In this document: positions 51,890 to 64,000 of the stretch, one piece after another
How the letters are laid out: every line of letters begins with the position of its first letter
Numbering within the stretch: position 1 is the stretch's first letter
Assembly (NCBI GenBank): GCA_010093995.1
Contig: ML992507.1
Coordinates: 342,463-406,462 of the forward strand
Origin: Elsinoe ampelina
Lineage: Eukaryota
Reading direction: 5' to 3'
Length of the DNA stretch: 64,000 nt
The notes under the pieces: generated by a model
Databases searched by the model: none
Seen by the model: only the letters and a program-made list of their open reading frames with translations
What the model was told of the DNA's origin: nothing
Made by a program: the position numbers and the translations under genes

Positions 51890-53833
51890 TCAGAAATGCA
51901 TGTCATGACCGCGACCGTGCAATTCCTTCTGAGGAGTCGCGGGAGATTTGTGTTCTGATTTGTTGCGGACCAAGGGAATGAGAGAGACGAGCGCCGCGTT
52001 GGGCTTAACTTCAGACGGATACCCAGGTAGTTCGATTGGTGACATTGAGCTTCTTAACTCGCAAGGAGCAGCAGGCTCCCCATCGAGCTCACTCGGTCCC
52101 TGAAGTAGATATTTTCGATCGACATATGGTGACAGAGATTCATGACCGAAGAAGTTCTGAACCTGCGCAGACTGCGTGTTGGCCCCCTTTTGTCTTCTCC
52201 AGACGAAGACTGTTGTGCAGGCGATGAGGGTCAGTGCGACTGCACCACAACCTGCTCCGAATCCTGCTTTTGCGCCCGTAGATATTCCATTCGAAGGAGG
52301 CTGCGATCCCATAGAGTCCGAACCAGGCTTGGATCCATTAATTGGTAATTCAGTCCAATGGTCAGCCCAGCTTCGTGCAAAAAGGGTATCGTCGTTTGCC
52401 ACGCCTTGCAAGATTGTGTCTGAATCTTGAATATCTTTAGCACCAGGACCAAGGCCCTGCCCTCCATTCCCAGGGCCTGGAGCCTGACCGAGACAGCCTA
52501 TAGCGCGGTTCCAGTTGGCACCTATGTAAGCGGCTTGTAAGAAAGCTCTCCCCAGTCTGTAGAGGTCTCCAGACGCGTCATCCGAAGTGGGGGACCTAGG
52601 TACGCATGGAAAATATTGAGTAGTCTGCGGCGTGATCGGGGCACTCAGAGTGAGGTTAAGAGGGGCGAAGGGCACTTTGATGGTCACGGTAGACAAGCTT
52701 CCTCCACCGGACGCAAAAACGAAGCCAAGGTAGCCCGGCGACTTGACGATACGCTCATATGCCGGATCTTCGGTGTCCCACAAGTAGAATTGAGTATTGG
52801 TACCGAACGAGACCGGCGAATATGATGCGATCTTAGCGCGCGTCTAGGCTGAAAGTCGAATATAGGGACCCATGGCGTCGACCTGTACTCTCACTCCGGC
52901 CGGATTGTAAATACCCTCATTTGAACTTTCGTCCAGCAGCAACCGGCTTCGGTTGACGAATCCATCGAATGGAGTACCGCCTTTTTCGACGCCGAGGACT
53001 ACGTCCAAAAGGCGAGGTCCGGCCTGTATCGTGTTGTCGATGTCTGCGGGATTATCCAGAGAGTATGTCACGTAGTCGCCCAGGATACGGCCGCTATCGA
53101 AGCCACCATAAATTAATGAACCCTGATAGGAGATAGCCACGGATCCCAAGTGAAGACCATACGAATAGGACGGGGTAACCTGAGTCCTCCATAGTCCAGC
53201 TGGATACAAGAACGACGTGATGCTACCCTCACTGATGGCATTGCTGAGCGGAAATGTCACGTTCGTCTCTCTTTTTGCCCCAACGTTCAGATATCCTAGG
53301 ACAGGGGGACCGATGAGACCGTTAGGATAGGTGATGTTGCCTTCTTGTACTGCTACAAGCGATGTGTTGTAAATGGTAGAAGCCTGCCCGCGTCCCTGCA
53401 TGGTCAATTGACGATAGTTTCGACCCATTAGAGCGTAACCTCCTGATTTGCTGCTTATAGAGGACGTGAACGTGATCTGTGAACTGAACTGGTCCTCAAA
53501 CGGCGTCCATAAGACCCCGGCAGCGCAAGCGGTACCTGGCCAGGCATCACAGAGCATTGGTGTCAGGATGTGTGAGGCGTAGCGTCCGCCGGGAAAGAGG
53601 TCCACTGCTGCAGCTTGTATGAAAGGATCCGTATCATTATCCAAACCACCAATTCTGACGCTGACAGCCGGCCATGGTCCGTCGGGGCCATAGGACCGTG
53701 AGCTCTAAGCGACCTGAACATTCTGAGCGGCTGAGAAGATCCGCAGAAGCCAGAGAAAGAGGCACGCCGCGAGCTTCGCTCGTTTGGTGCCTGACGAATC
53801 GAATGGAAACGACGTCGATGGATGAGTGTCCAT
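51890..53833 (-). pseudogene. Membrane-anchored aspartic-peptidase-A1-like protein with two in-frame TAG stops
   Basis: One frame from ATG 53833: signal-like LAACLFLWLL, V*SSRSYGPDGPWPAV, SYSYGLHLGS, GSLIYGGFD, LGRAFLQAAYIGANW, TM helix ISTGAKAGFGAG. Stops at 53705-53707 and 52844-52846. Confidence 0.85.
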
Positions 53834-54065
53834 TCAATTGTGGCGTGAGGACGATGGACACAGAAGAACCGAGGAACCCAGATCCACAGAAAATGATGCG
53901 ATAACAAGGAGATGTCTGCAACCAAGCCAAAGAGCGCTATTCCGGCCGCAATCGTCGCCTGTGCCACATTGTTGCAGACCTGACATGGTGGTATTGGACC
54001 ATTCAGAGCTGAGATGCGGGTGATGGTGGTCAAGACGACTACCTGATAGCTACGCCGCACTAATA

Positions 54066-57000
54066 TTCTCTGTTGCAAAAGGGCTGGGATTTTCTTGGCA
54101 AATTTGCTTATAAATGTCAGCTTAAACGACTAACTTCAACCTAATAGCTAATAACTTACTAATCGATTGAAAATTGAAGCTAAAAAAAGGTATAATAGTA
54201 AAGTTAGTACTTCTAGATTAAGTAATAAAATAATTAACTAATTCGTAGCTAAATTGCTAGTGTTAGTGTCGCTATTATAATACCTTAAGCATACCTTATT
54301 CTATTGCCCTATTATATTAACTATGTCTATAAGCTTTTCCTCTCTAGTATAAGTACTAATAATATTACTAACCTTACTAAAGGCCTCTTAAGGTTAAGAT
54401 CTTATTGCTTAAGAGCTAATTAACTTACCTTTAGCTATATTAAGTATCCGAAGGTATTAAAGAAGAGAGAGTAGCTACTACTATTACTACTCGAGGTATT
54501 ACTAGATATATAAAGGCTATTCGAGAAAGAGTTAGATATATACTTAGAAGAGCTATAGAATTATTTAGAGTCTTATTAGTCAATTTCTATATTAATTAGT
54601 ACTATCTCTAGAGAGCTAAAAAAGTTAAATTATATATATAAGGTATTAAGTTATACTACTAGCTAGAGAGATAAGGTACTCTATACTAAGTATTATAAAG
54701 AGATAGAGGCATTTACTACTAACTAGCTCGTATATATAGATAAGACTATAGTTAATAAGAAGACTCTATAGCGCTACTCTAGTTAGTTACTAAAGGAGTT
54801 ACTAGCTATAAATTACTTAGTAAGAAAGATAAGTAAGCGCTAGTTAGTACTTCTAGTACTTACTATTAATAAATATCTCTATAGCGTAAAGGTGTTTTAA
54901 GGCTTAATTATAGCTACAATATTTAAGTACTAGCTTTAAGAGGAGGTACTACTATAGTGCTTACTTTATCTAGGCCTATAGTTAGTGTTAGTATTAGATA
55001 ATTATTAAATTTACTAGAGGAAGGTATATAAAGAGTTTACTATTACTACTATTAGCTACTTAGCTAATTATATTAGGTAATAATTAACCTCTATTAATAG
55101 TATAGTGTTTTAGTATAATTTTTACCTAGCTATTTACTAGATTATAATCTAATTAAGCCTAGCTTCTATATATTAAAGTAGTATATATAGCATAATAGAA
55201 AGGAGGCGCTATAGCTTAATATAGAGAGATACTAGTATTAGTTTAAGATATTTATCTATAAGTCCTATAAGGACTTTTAGAGTAGTATTAACTTTAAAGC
55301 ACTATTTAAAAACTATAGATATAGGCTTAAATAAAGTTACCTATCTATCGCTATTAATCTGCTATAATTATATACTATACTTAGGTTACTTCTCTTTATT
55401 AAATAATATTATACTAGGTATCTACTAAATAAAGAGGCTAAGGTACTACTTTACCTTTACTCTAATACTATATAGAGAGATTATTCTCTTTAGTATCTTA
55501 TTACTTAATTACAAAAGCAATTTAAGGTTCTAGTAATCTATAATAAGCTACTAAGTAGCGTTATAAAGAGGCACCTTAAAGCAAGAATAGTACTATATAA
55601 GAGAGTTAAAAAAGTAAGTAATATATTAAGGGTCTTTAGCCTTAAGAGAGAGTAAGCTTAACTAGAGAATTTCTTAATTACTATTACTTATTATTAGTAT
55701 AGAGAAGAGTTAAGAGATAGTTAGAAAAGCTAAAGGTAACTCTAGATAAGGTACTAGAGGCTAGCTACTATTATAGAAGTACTAGTTAAAGATAGAGATT
55801 AAAGAAGGTCTATAGAGAGAAGGATTTAATTTATCTTATTACCTCTTATATTACTTATGCTTAGCTAACTATTTATCCTTATAAGCCTTAGTAGTAGTAG
55901 TAATAAAATTAATAATATAGACTAATAGCCTACTAGTAGTAGACTAGCCTATAGTAGTATTATATCGCTATTCGTTAATAATGTTAGTATCGATAGTATA
56001 GTAAGTACTACTAATAATAATATATACTACCTTATCTATATTTAAGTACTAGCTAGTTTTACACTAGTAAAACTTCTTAATATTATACTAAAATTACTTA
56101 CGGAATACCTTCTTAGCTTATATATTTAATACTAATAGTCCTCGAGGTGTATTATAGTTTAGTTATTATAGTATAGCTTAAGGGGAGTAGGTAGTAGTAC
56201 CTTAAATAGTATAGGGATTAGTAGTATTAGCTAGTACTAAGATTCTCCCCTTAGTAGAGATATTCTACTCTAAGGAGAATCTCCTCTATTAATTATTAAT
56301 ATATAATTATAGCTTCTTCTTCTTTAAACTATAGTAGTACCTTAGAAGGTTAATAACCTTATACTATAGTAATCCTAGTACCTTAAAGTTGTCTATAGAG
56401 TTAATAGAGTTACCCTTAGTAGAGGTAGTAAAGATCTTAGCCTTCTAAGAGAGGAGATAGTATTATAGGCCTTATATATAAGTAAATAGATAGATAGTAG
56501 TAGCTACCTTATTATAGATACTACTAATACTACTATTAACATTATAAAGCTTATTAAATTACTTAAGCTTCTTACTATTAAATTAAACTATCTAAACTAA
56601 AACAAATTAGATATTTAAAAGAGATATTAGTAATTACTAAGTCTAAGAGTTAGTAGAAAAACTTAGCGATTTTTGTTAATAGTAATAGTAAGGTAGTTTT
56701 AACTTAGATTAACTTTGCTACCTCTCTAATACTTAAGATATACTCTATAATACTTCTCTACTAGTTACCTTATTATCTAGTTACTCTTATATAGCTATTA
56801 CTAAGTTAAAAGGGAAGGAGAGTATTAGTTAAGAGATATACCTTCTTAGTACTAATATTATAGTACTCTAGTAAGTAACTCTTTAACTTTTTTAGATAGG
56901 CTATTTAGCTTATAGTTTAACCTCTTTAACTTTTTTAACTTTACTTTCTTCTTCCTTAATAACTATAGATTAACTTTAGTGCTTCTACTTTCTCTAAATA

Positions 57001-57580
57001 CTTCTCCTAGCTAGAGCTTCTAGATTAAGGTTCTTTAGAGACTTACTAGTGTTTATATATACTATTCTTCTTATAGGCGCTTCTCTATTACTATCTCTAT
57101 TAGCTTATAAAGTTTAAAGGCTAGTAAACTTAATATAGTATAAGGATTAAGCCTAGGCTAACTAAGAGAGAGAGTTAATAATCTTATAGAAGTCTTCTAA
57201 TACTAGTATTTCTAAGAGCTCTAATAGATTACTAAAATAAGATAGATATTTAGTATTTAATCTATCTTCTTTAACTAGCTCTTTATTACGCTTAATAGAC
57301 TAAGAAGAGGTAGTTATAAGGGGGGGGGAGCTTAGTAGTATATTAAAGGCACTAGAGTTAAAGTTCTTTATCTTAGTAATTATCTAGTTAATTTATATAC
57401 GAGTTAGATTAACTAGATTAAAAGACATGTAATTACACTTAGTAGTGCTATTATACCTTTTTTTAGCTTCAAAAACGACGAATTAGGCAAGTTATAGTAA
57501 GATAGGTGAGAAGTAGTCAATTTGGTGGTGGTTTACACGCTGATTTGCCAAGAAAATCCCAGCCCTTTTGCAACAGAGAA
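54066..57580 (+). mobile_element. Tc1/mariner (IS630-like DDE) DNA transposon, 3515 bp, RIP'd
   Basis: Perfect 38-bp TIRs (54066-54103 / 57543-57580) flanked by TA on both sides. Transposase remnant ~54330-55330: LVYIDKT (DE), LVLDN, LPSYLLDYNLIKPSF (~LPPYSPDFNPIE). Confidence 0.92.
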
Positions 57581-57991
57581 TAACACCAAGGTCGCAGATG
57601 TTTATCTTCCCGAGATTCCGCCGTTCTGGTGCCCTACCAAGGGTACGTCGGCTATCAGCTTCTTGTGTTACTCGCGCGCAAGCCAGAGGGCATGAACGAA
57701 CTCTAAACTTGAGACCAACTGTCCACTCACATCTGTGAGCGATTTGGGAATGTCGCGTAGCAGCGTTTGGCATTTCTCCGGGCTGGTCGTGAGACCGCTA
57801 GGCGCCACCTCTTGCATGGGGGTGGCACTGTGTGACAATCTGACAGTCGGTAATGTATTATACCCTCGTTGTCGACTCTTCATCTCCATCCGTTCGATTC
57901 GCCCATTTCCACAGGCGACTCACACAGAATACCGGTGGGGAGGTGCATGATGCAGGATACTCTATTAGGCCACGGTCGGCCGCTGTCTGCA

Positions 57992-59023
57992 ATGTTCAGC
58001 AGCAGACGAATTCGTGCCATAGGCGCTGCCATGCTACTCATTGCCCTACTCCATCTCCTCATCCCGTCTTCCCTTCTTCGCCTTGGGTCTCACTCGACAT
58101 GGCTTTCGACCTTTCATAAGGATTCATACTGGCGTCCCAATGTCGGGCAACCACACTACGGCATCACAGATCGGCAAATGAAATCTGATTTTGCGTACTG
58201 TCTGTACGTTACCAACCCACAGTATCTGTGCAACGCCGTCATGATGTTGGAATCTCTAGAGAGAGTAGGTACGCGAGCCTCGCGCCTCCTGTTATTTCCC
58301 GATACATGGCCGACACAAGAATCGACACCCACACCGACGGGCAAATTGCTCGCCCAAGCGCAACACTTGGGAGCTACGCTGCAGCCAATACAACTTCAAC
58401 ATTCGACTACCGGGGAACCTACCTGGGCTGATAGCTACACCAAGCTCCTGGCATTCAATCAAACACAATTCAAACGAGTCATCAGCCTTGACACCGACGC
58501 GACAGTCCTTCAGTCACTAGATGAATTATTTCTGTACCCATCTACACCTGTCGCGGCTCCAATCGCCTACTGGTTAAAAGATCGAACATTGTCATCGCAG
58601 CTCATGCTCATAGAGCCGTCTGACGTGGAGTTCTTGAAAATCATGGATCAAATTCAACACCACAAAGATACTGATTTTGATATGGAGATAGTAAACAATC
58701 TGTATGGCGACACAGCGACAATCATCCCTCACCGGCCTTACGACCTTCTGACTGGTGAGTTTAGGGCCGAGAACCACACTTTGTACCTGGGAGATGGAAA
58801 GCGGACATGGAATGCTACGCGAGAGCTTCAAAACGCCAAGCTTGTCCACTTTTCAGATTGGCCTATACCCAAGCCGTGGTTGGCTTCAGAAGATGACATA
58901 CAGTCGGGAAAACCACCTTGTCGATCCGATGATGATTGCAGGGATCAAGATGCGTGGTTATGGATGTATCGCGATTTTTCGCTTAGGAAAAGACGAATCT
59001 GCGATCAGATTCCGGAACGATGA
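57992..59023 (+). CDS. GNT1: Glycosyltransferase family 8, GNT1-like N-acetylglucosaminyltransferase (type II membrane)
   Basis: FAYCLYVTNPQYLCNAVM, TWADSYTKLLAFNQTQF, DxD (LDTDA), HFSDWPIPKPW; N-terminal TM segment. The start could instead be 57947. Confidence 0.85.
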   Translation: MFSSRRIRAIGAAMLLIALLHLLIPSSLLRLGSHSTWLSTFHKDSYWRPNVGQPHYGITDRQMKSDFAYCLYVTNPQYLCNAVMMLESLERVGTRASRLLLFPDTWPTQESTPTPTGKLLAQAQHLGATLQPIQLQHSTTGEPTWADSYTKLLAFNQTQFKRVISLDTDATVLQSLDELFLYPSTPVAAPIAYWLKDRTLSSQLMLIEPSDVEFLKIMDQIQHHKDTDFDMEIVNNLYGDTATIIPHRPYDLLTGEFRAENHTLYLGDGKRTWNATRELQNAKLVHFSDWPIPKPWLASEDDIQSGKPPCRSDDDCRDQDAWLWMYRDFSLRKRRICDQIPER

Positions 59024-59332
59024 AAGACGAATCTATCAGAATAGGATAGGAAAGACAATATATGCTTCCAAGAGTCGGTCCCTAATGCATCGTTAGTCAC
59101 GACACTTGACGATGCAACATGTTGACATTTCCTCGGCGCGCTGATGCTGATTTGGTCAAGTTACGACGACAAGTATCAGCAGGTCCCCGAAGGAGTATAT
59201 CAGGAAGACGGCTGGTTTGCGGATCAGCAAGTGATTCAATTCAGTCCTACAGATAGGACAAATGGAAAGTCAGCAGGTATTCCGACAGGACAGCCTGCAC
59301 GTCAGCCGGCGGTTGCGACGGAGTGTCGTTGC

Positions 59333-59474
59333 TGTTGTAATGGAAGGCTGGTACAGCTTCTCTGGTACTGAAGAACTAGTACTAATGAGTCAGCGCACGC
59401 ACAGTAGATAAATCGGTTATTGTAACTCTCTGAATGAAACACACGTCTCTCGATCCGATTTGCTAGTTATAACA
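59333..59474 (+). repeat. 5' LTR (142 bp) of copia element 2, followed by PBS
   Basis: Matches 26113-26254. Followed by ggttataagccc (RIP'd GGTTATGAGCCC, the usual fungal copia PBS). Confidence 0.95.
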
Positions 59475-62400
59475 GGTTATAAGCCCGGCGCTTCTACAAA
59501 AGCACTTAAAGCTATAGCAAATTAAGCGTGTCATTATTAAAAGAATTACTAAGCCGCCTACACTAAATTCTAGACTAGCTATATTAAGACAAACACTTAT
59601 AGTAGCCCGCATTAACCCTTTAATTAAACGGTTTAAACGGCTTAAACAAGCTAATTACATTAATCAAATCAATAGGCCTTTAGCTAATTACTATTATTAT
59701 GTCTAGATTAGTAAAAATGCTCGAGACTTAGATTCTTAAGAGAGGGAGCAACTATAATGCTTAGAGATTAACCCTTAAGGTAGCTCTCTTTAAAAAGAAT
59801 ATACTTAGATATACAATTTATAACATCGACTAGATGCTAGTAGTTATAAGGCCTAAAGAACTAGCCCTAGATGCTAGTAAAGGCACTAAGGCAATCTATA
59901 AGGTTAGAAACAAGACCTAGTATAAGAATAATAGAATTGCTTATAGTATTATTATAATAAGGATTTATAAATCTATTAGACCTTACTATAGTATAACTTA
60001 GAAGACTTTAAAGGAACTTCTAGACACTATTAAAGCCACATTTAAACCTATTATTTCATATAAGCTATATATAGCTATCTATAACCTTAATAAGGTAATT
60101 ATAACAAGTTATAACACCTAAAGGTACTATAAAGATTTTATAAAGTACTATTATTAATACACTATTACTATAGAGCAAAGAGTAAGCACTATTAGTGCTA
60201 AACTAGATAAGTTTAGGCTCTCTCTATACTATATTAAGACTATGTTTATTATAGGAATAAAGACTACTAAATAGTTAAGGAGCTAGAGATCTAGCCTTAA
60301 CTATAAGAAGAGTCTTAAAGAGATAATAGGCTCTCTTAGAATATAGAAGCCCCTATATAATAGAAGAACTAATCTAAACCCTATTTATAGAGTAGCTAGT
60401 TATATTAAGGATTAATACACTTAGTGTACTTATTATATCTACTCTAATATAGATTACTTTAAGTAGTACCCTAAGAAAGCACTAAAGAGTTAGAGCAAAA
60501 GGAATAATAAAGATAGGTTAAATAATAAAGACATAAAGGCTAAAGGCAAAGGTAACAAGTTAAAGACTAAGAAAGTTAGAGGTTAAGTAGCTATTAAAGA
60601 ATCTAGAGAACCTACTAAGGTAGGTAAATTAGATAAACGCTTTAACACTAATGTTAATATTATTACACTAGTCTATAGGGTAGTAGTAGTGTCTATATTA
60701 TTATCCTTAACCTATAGTAAGAATAGAGCAATCTATAACTCTAGTACGTTAAGGCACTTTATTAAAGACAGGTTATAGTTCTTAATAATTAAGGTATATA
60801 AAGGTGTTCTTAAATTCAAATAAGCTATTAGTATAAAGAAGCTACTTAATGTAGAAGTAGGCATAGTTAGGCTTACTCTAACTAATAGCAAAGGCAAGAA
60901 GTTAATTATTAAGCTTTATAATTACATATACTTACTATTATTACTAAANNNNNNNNNNNNNNNNNNNNNNNNNNNNNNNNNNNNNNNNNNNNNNNNNNNN
61001 NNNNNNNNNNNNNNNNNNNNNNNNNNNNNNNNNNNNNNNNNNNNNNNNNNNNNNNNNNNNNNNNNNNNNNNNNNNNNNNNNNNNNNNNNNNNNNNNNNNN
61101 NNNNNNNNNNNNNNNNNNNNNNNNNNNNNNNNNNNNNNNNNNNNNNNNNNNNNNNNNNNNNNNNNNNNNNNNNNNNNNNNNNNNNNNNNNNNNNNNNNNN
61201 NNNNNNNNNNNNNNNNNNNNNNNNNNNNNNNNNNNNNNNNNNNNNNNNNNNNNNNNNNNNNNNNNNNNNNNNNNNNNNNNNNNNNNNNNNNNNNNNNNNN
61301 NNNNNNNNNNNNCTTACTAGATAAGCTCTATCTAGACCTTATTAGTCCTATTAAACTATAGTTAAGTAAGGGCTATAAATACCTTCTCCTTATAACATAT
61401 AGTAAGAGTAAGTACAAGTTTATTACTATTCTCTTCCTTAAGAGTAATATACTAGCAGTAATTAAACTTATCTATATAAGGAATAAAATAGCCTATAATA
61501 AGCTTTTATTTATCTTTATCTCTAATAGAGGAGGTAAATTTAGGAACTATAAACTAGTAATAGCTATTTATCTTAAAGGGTAGAGATAGAACATCTCTAT
61601 ACCTAATACTTAATACTAGAATAGTAAATCTAAGGCTACTAACAAAGTGGTTATTCTTAGAACAAAGTGTATCTTTGTTAATTATAGAGCACCCCTTAAA
61701 CTCTAGTATATAGTTATAGAGTTTGTGATTTATATTAGCAATAGAATTGCCTATACTAAAACTAAGAAGATCCCTATATAAGAGCTTAGAAAGGATCTTC
61801 TTAATAATAATAAGCTAGTCTTATTAACTTACATTAGACGCTTTAGCTATAGAGCCTATGTCTATAACTAACATGTTTCTAAATTATACAAATTCTAAGC
61901 TAGAGCACNNNNNNNNNNNNNNNNNNNNNNNNNNNNNNNNNNNNNNNNNNNNNNNNNNNNNNNNNNNNNNNNNNNNNNNNNNNNNNNNNNNNNNNNNNNN
62001 NNNNNNNNNNNNNNNNNNNNNNNNNNNNNNNNNNNNNNNNNNNNNNNNNNNNNNNNNNNNNNNNNNNNNNNNNNNNNNNNNNNNNNNNNNNNNNNNNNNN
62101 NNNNNNNNNNNNNNNNNNNNNNNNNNNNNNNNNNNNNNNNNNNNNNNNNNNNNNNNNNNNNNNNNNNNNNNNNNNNNNNNNNNNNNNNNNNNNNNNNNNN
62201 NNNNNNNNNNNNNNNNNNNNNNNNNNNNNNNNNNNNNNNNNNNNNNNNNNNNNNNNNNNNNNNNNNNNNNNNNNNNNNNNNNNNNNNNNNNNNNNNNNNN
62301 NNNNNNNNNNNNNNNNNNNNNNNNNNNNNNNNNNNNNNNNNNNNNNNNNNNNNNNNNNNNNNNNNNNNNNNNNNNNNNNNNNNNNNNNNNNNNNNNNNNN

Positions 62401-64000
62401 NNNNNNNNNNNNNNNNNNNNNNNNNNNNNNNNNNNNNNNNNNNNNNNNNNNNNNNNNNNNNNNNNNNNNNNNNNNNNNNNNNNNNNNNNNNNNNNNNNNN
62501 NNNNNNNNNNNNNNNNNNNNNNNNNNNNNNNNNNNNNNNNNNNNNNNNNNNNNNNNNNNNNNNNNNNNNNNNNNNNNNNNNNNNNNNNNNNNNNNNNNNN
62601 NNNNNNNNNNNNNNNNNNNNNNNNNNNNNNNNNNNNNNNNNNNNNNNNNNNNNNNNNNNNNNNNNNNNNNNNNNNNNNNNNNNNNNNNNNNNNNNNNNNN
62701 NNNNNNNNNNNNNNNNNNNNNNNNNNNNNNNNNNACTACATTCCTTAGACTAGATATTAATATTAAGAACTATATCTCCTACCTAGAAGGCGTACTAATT
62801 CCTAGTAAATAGGACAAGCTTATTGTTCTTATAAAGAGCTTATATAGGCTTAAGTAAGCTACTACCCTCTAGTATAACGCTATAGTTAAGGTACTTCTAT
62901 TACTTAGTTTTATTAGATCCTATAGTAATACCTGTCTCTTTATTAATAAGTATTATATAGTTCTTATATATATTAATAACTTTAGGATTATTACTACTAG
63001 GTAGAAGCATATAGACAAGCTAGTTAAAGATCTTCATCTTAAGTTTCTAATAAAGATTATAAACTTAAACCTCTTCCTTAGTGTTTAACTTTATAGAACT
63101 AAGAACTTAATTAAGATTAAGCAATTACACTACTTAAAGGAGAAGCTTAAAGGTTATAATCTTTACTAAGCAAGAACTGTAAAGCATCCTATTAATTAAC
63201 TCTATAAACTAACTAATGGCTAAGTTAATACTTAGTACTATAAGACATTTAATAGAATCATTAGTAAATTACAATATCTAGCTAATAACACAAGGCCTAA
63301 TATTAGCTATGCTACTAATTACCTAGCTAGGTTCCTTTAGAATCTAACTATAGCTTATATAGTTATAGCTAAACAGATCTAGAGGTATATTAATAGGACT
63401 ATTATAAAGGGCCTTACCTTTAAGAAGACTAATAGACTATTAGTTAACACAATTAAGGCCTACTCTAACTTAGACTTTACTAGAGATAGATTAACTATAA
63501 GATCTATATCTAGTACTATTATTTATATACTTAGTACACTAGTTATTTAAAAGTTAAGGCTATAGAAGATTATTGTGTTATTAAGCACTAAGGCTAAATA
63601 CCTTGCCCTTACTAAGACCTATAGAGAGATTAATTAGTTAAGAAATCTTATTATTAAACTTAGGCTACTTACTAATATTTACCTTAGCCTAACTATAGTC
63701 TTTATTAATAATAAGTTAGCTATTAAACTTATAAGAGATTATACTAATTTAAGGAGATCTAAGTATATTAATTTAAGGAATTATTACTATAGAGAGTAGT
63801 ATAAACTTAAAGCAATTAAGCTTAAGTATATTAATATAACTTAGTAATTAGCTAATGTACTTATAAAGCCTAAGTCTCCTAATAAGATCCTTAATTGATT
63901 AGCAAAGGCTAATTACTTAGTATATATCTACACTATACACTTATTTAGATTTTATATGTATTATTATTTTAAGTATATTATTTATGCTACTACTACTTAT
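59333..64000 (+). mobile_element. Ty1/copia retrotransposon (RIP'd), gag-PR-INT-RT-RH; runs off the window
   Basis: Integrase (LYLDLISP, SNRGGKF~SDRGGEF) lies before RT (KSLYRLK*A, YINN~YVDD) and RNase H, which is copia order. Assembly gaps at 60949-61312 and 61909-62734. Confidence 0.92.

Noticed and set aside
26113..59474. Single 33 kb LTR element bounded by the two LTRs
   Set aside because: The PPT is outside the left LTR and the PBS is outside the right LTR. They are the 3' and 5' LTRs of two different insertions.
61858..62748. 296-aa ORF in the track
   Set aside because: Artefact of translating through an N gap.

Overview
Filamentous ascomycete (Pezizomycotina-type) genomic DNA with GT-AG introns. 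AT-rich blocks are heavily degraded by repeat-induced point mutation (RIP; CpA>TpA / TpG>TpA). 1-26254 is a RIP'd Ty1/copia retrotransposon. It is split at 668-24472 by a ~23.8 kb element with 27-bp terminal inverted repeats. Manual de-RIPing of that element shows a Plavaka-family (CMC/CACTA-related) transposase, two SNF2-type helicase paralogues, several other cargo ORF remnants and a ~7.3 kb internal duplication. This giant cargo-carrying TIR transposon is the most notable system here. 26.4-54 kb is a gene-rich island: MZT1, a fungal transcription-factor-like gene, beta-COP, mago nashi, GID4/VID24, RIC1, a GH3 beta-glucosidase, a PNP_UDP-NB-ARC-TPR NLR with a C-terminal frameshift, and an aspartic-protease-like pseudogene with two RIP-type stops. 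Next come a 3.5 kb RIP'd Tc1/mariner element (perfect 38-bp TIRs, TA target duplication), a GT8/GNT1-like gene, and a second copy of the copia family running off the end with two assembly gaps. Translations of RIP'd regions were done by eye and their boundaries are approximate.
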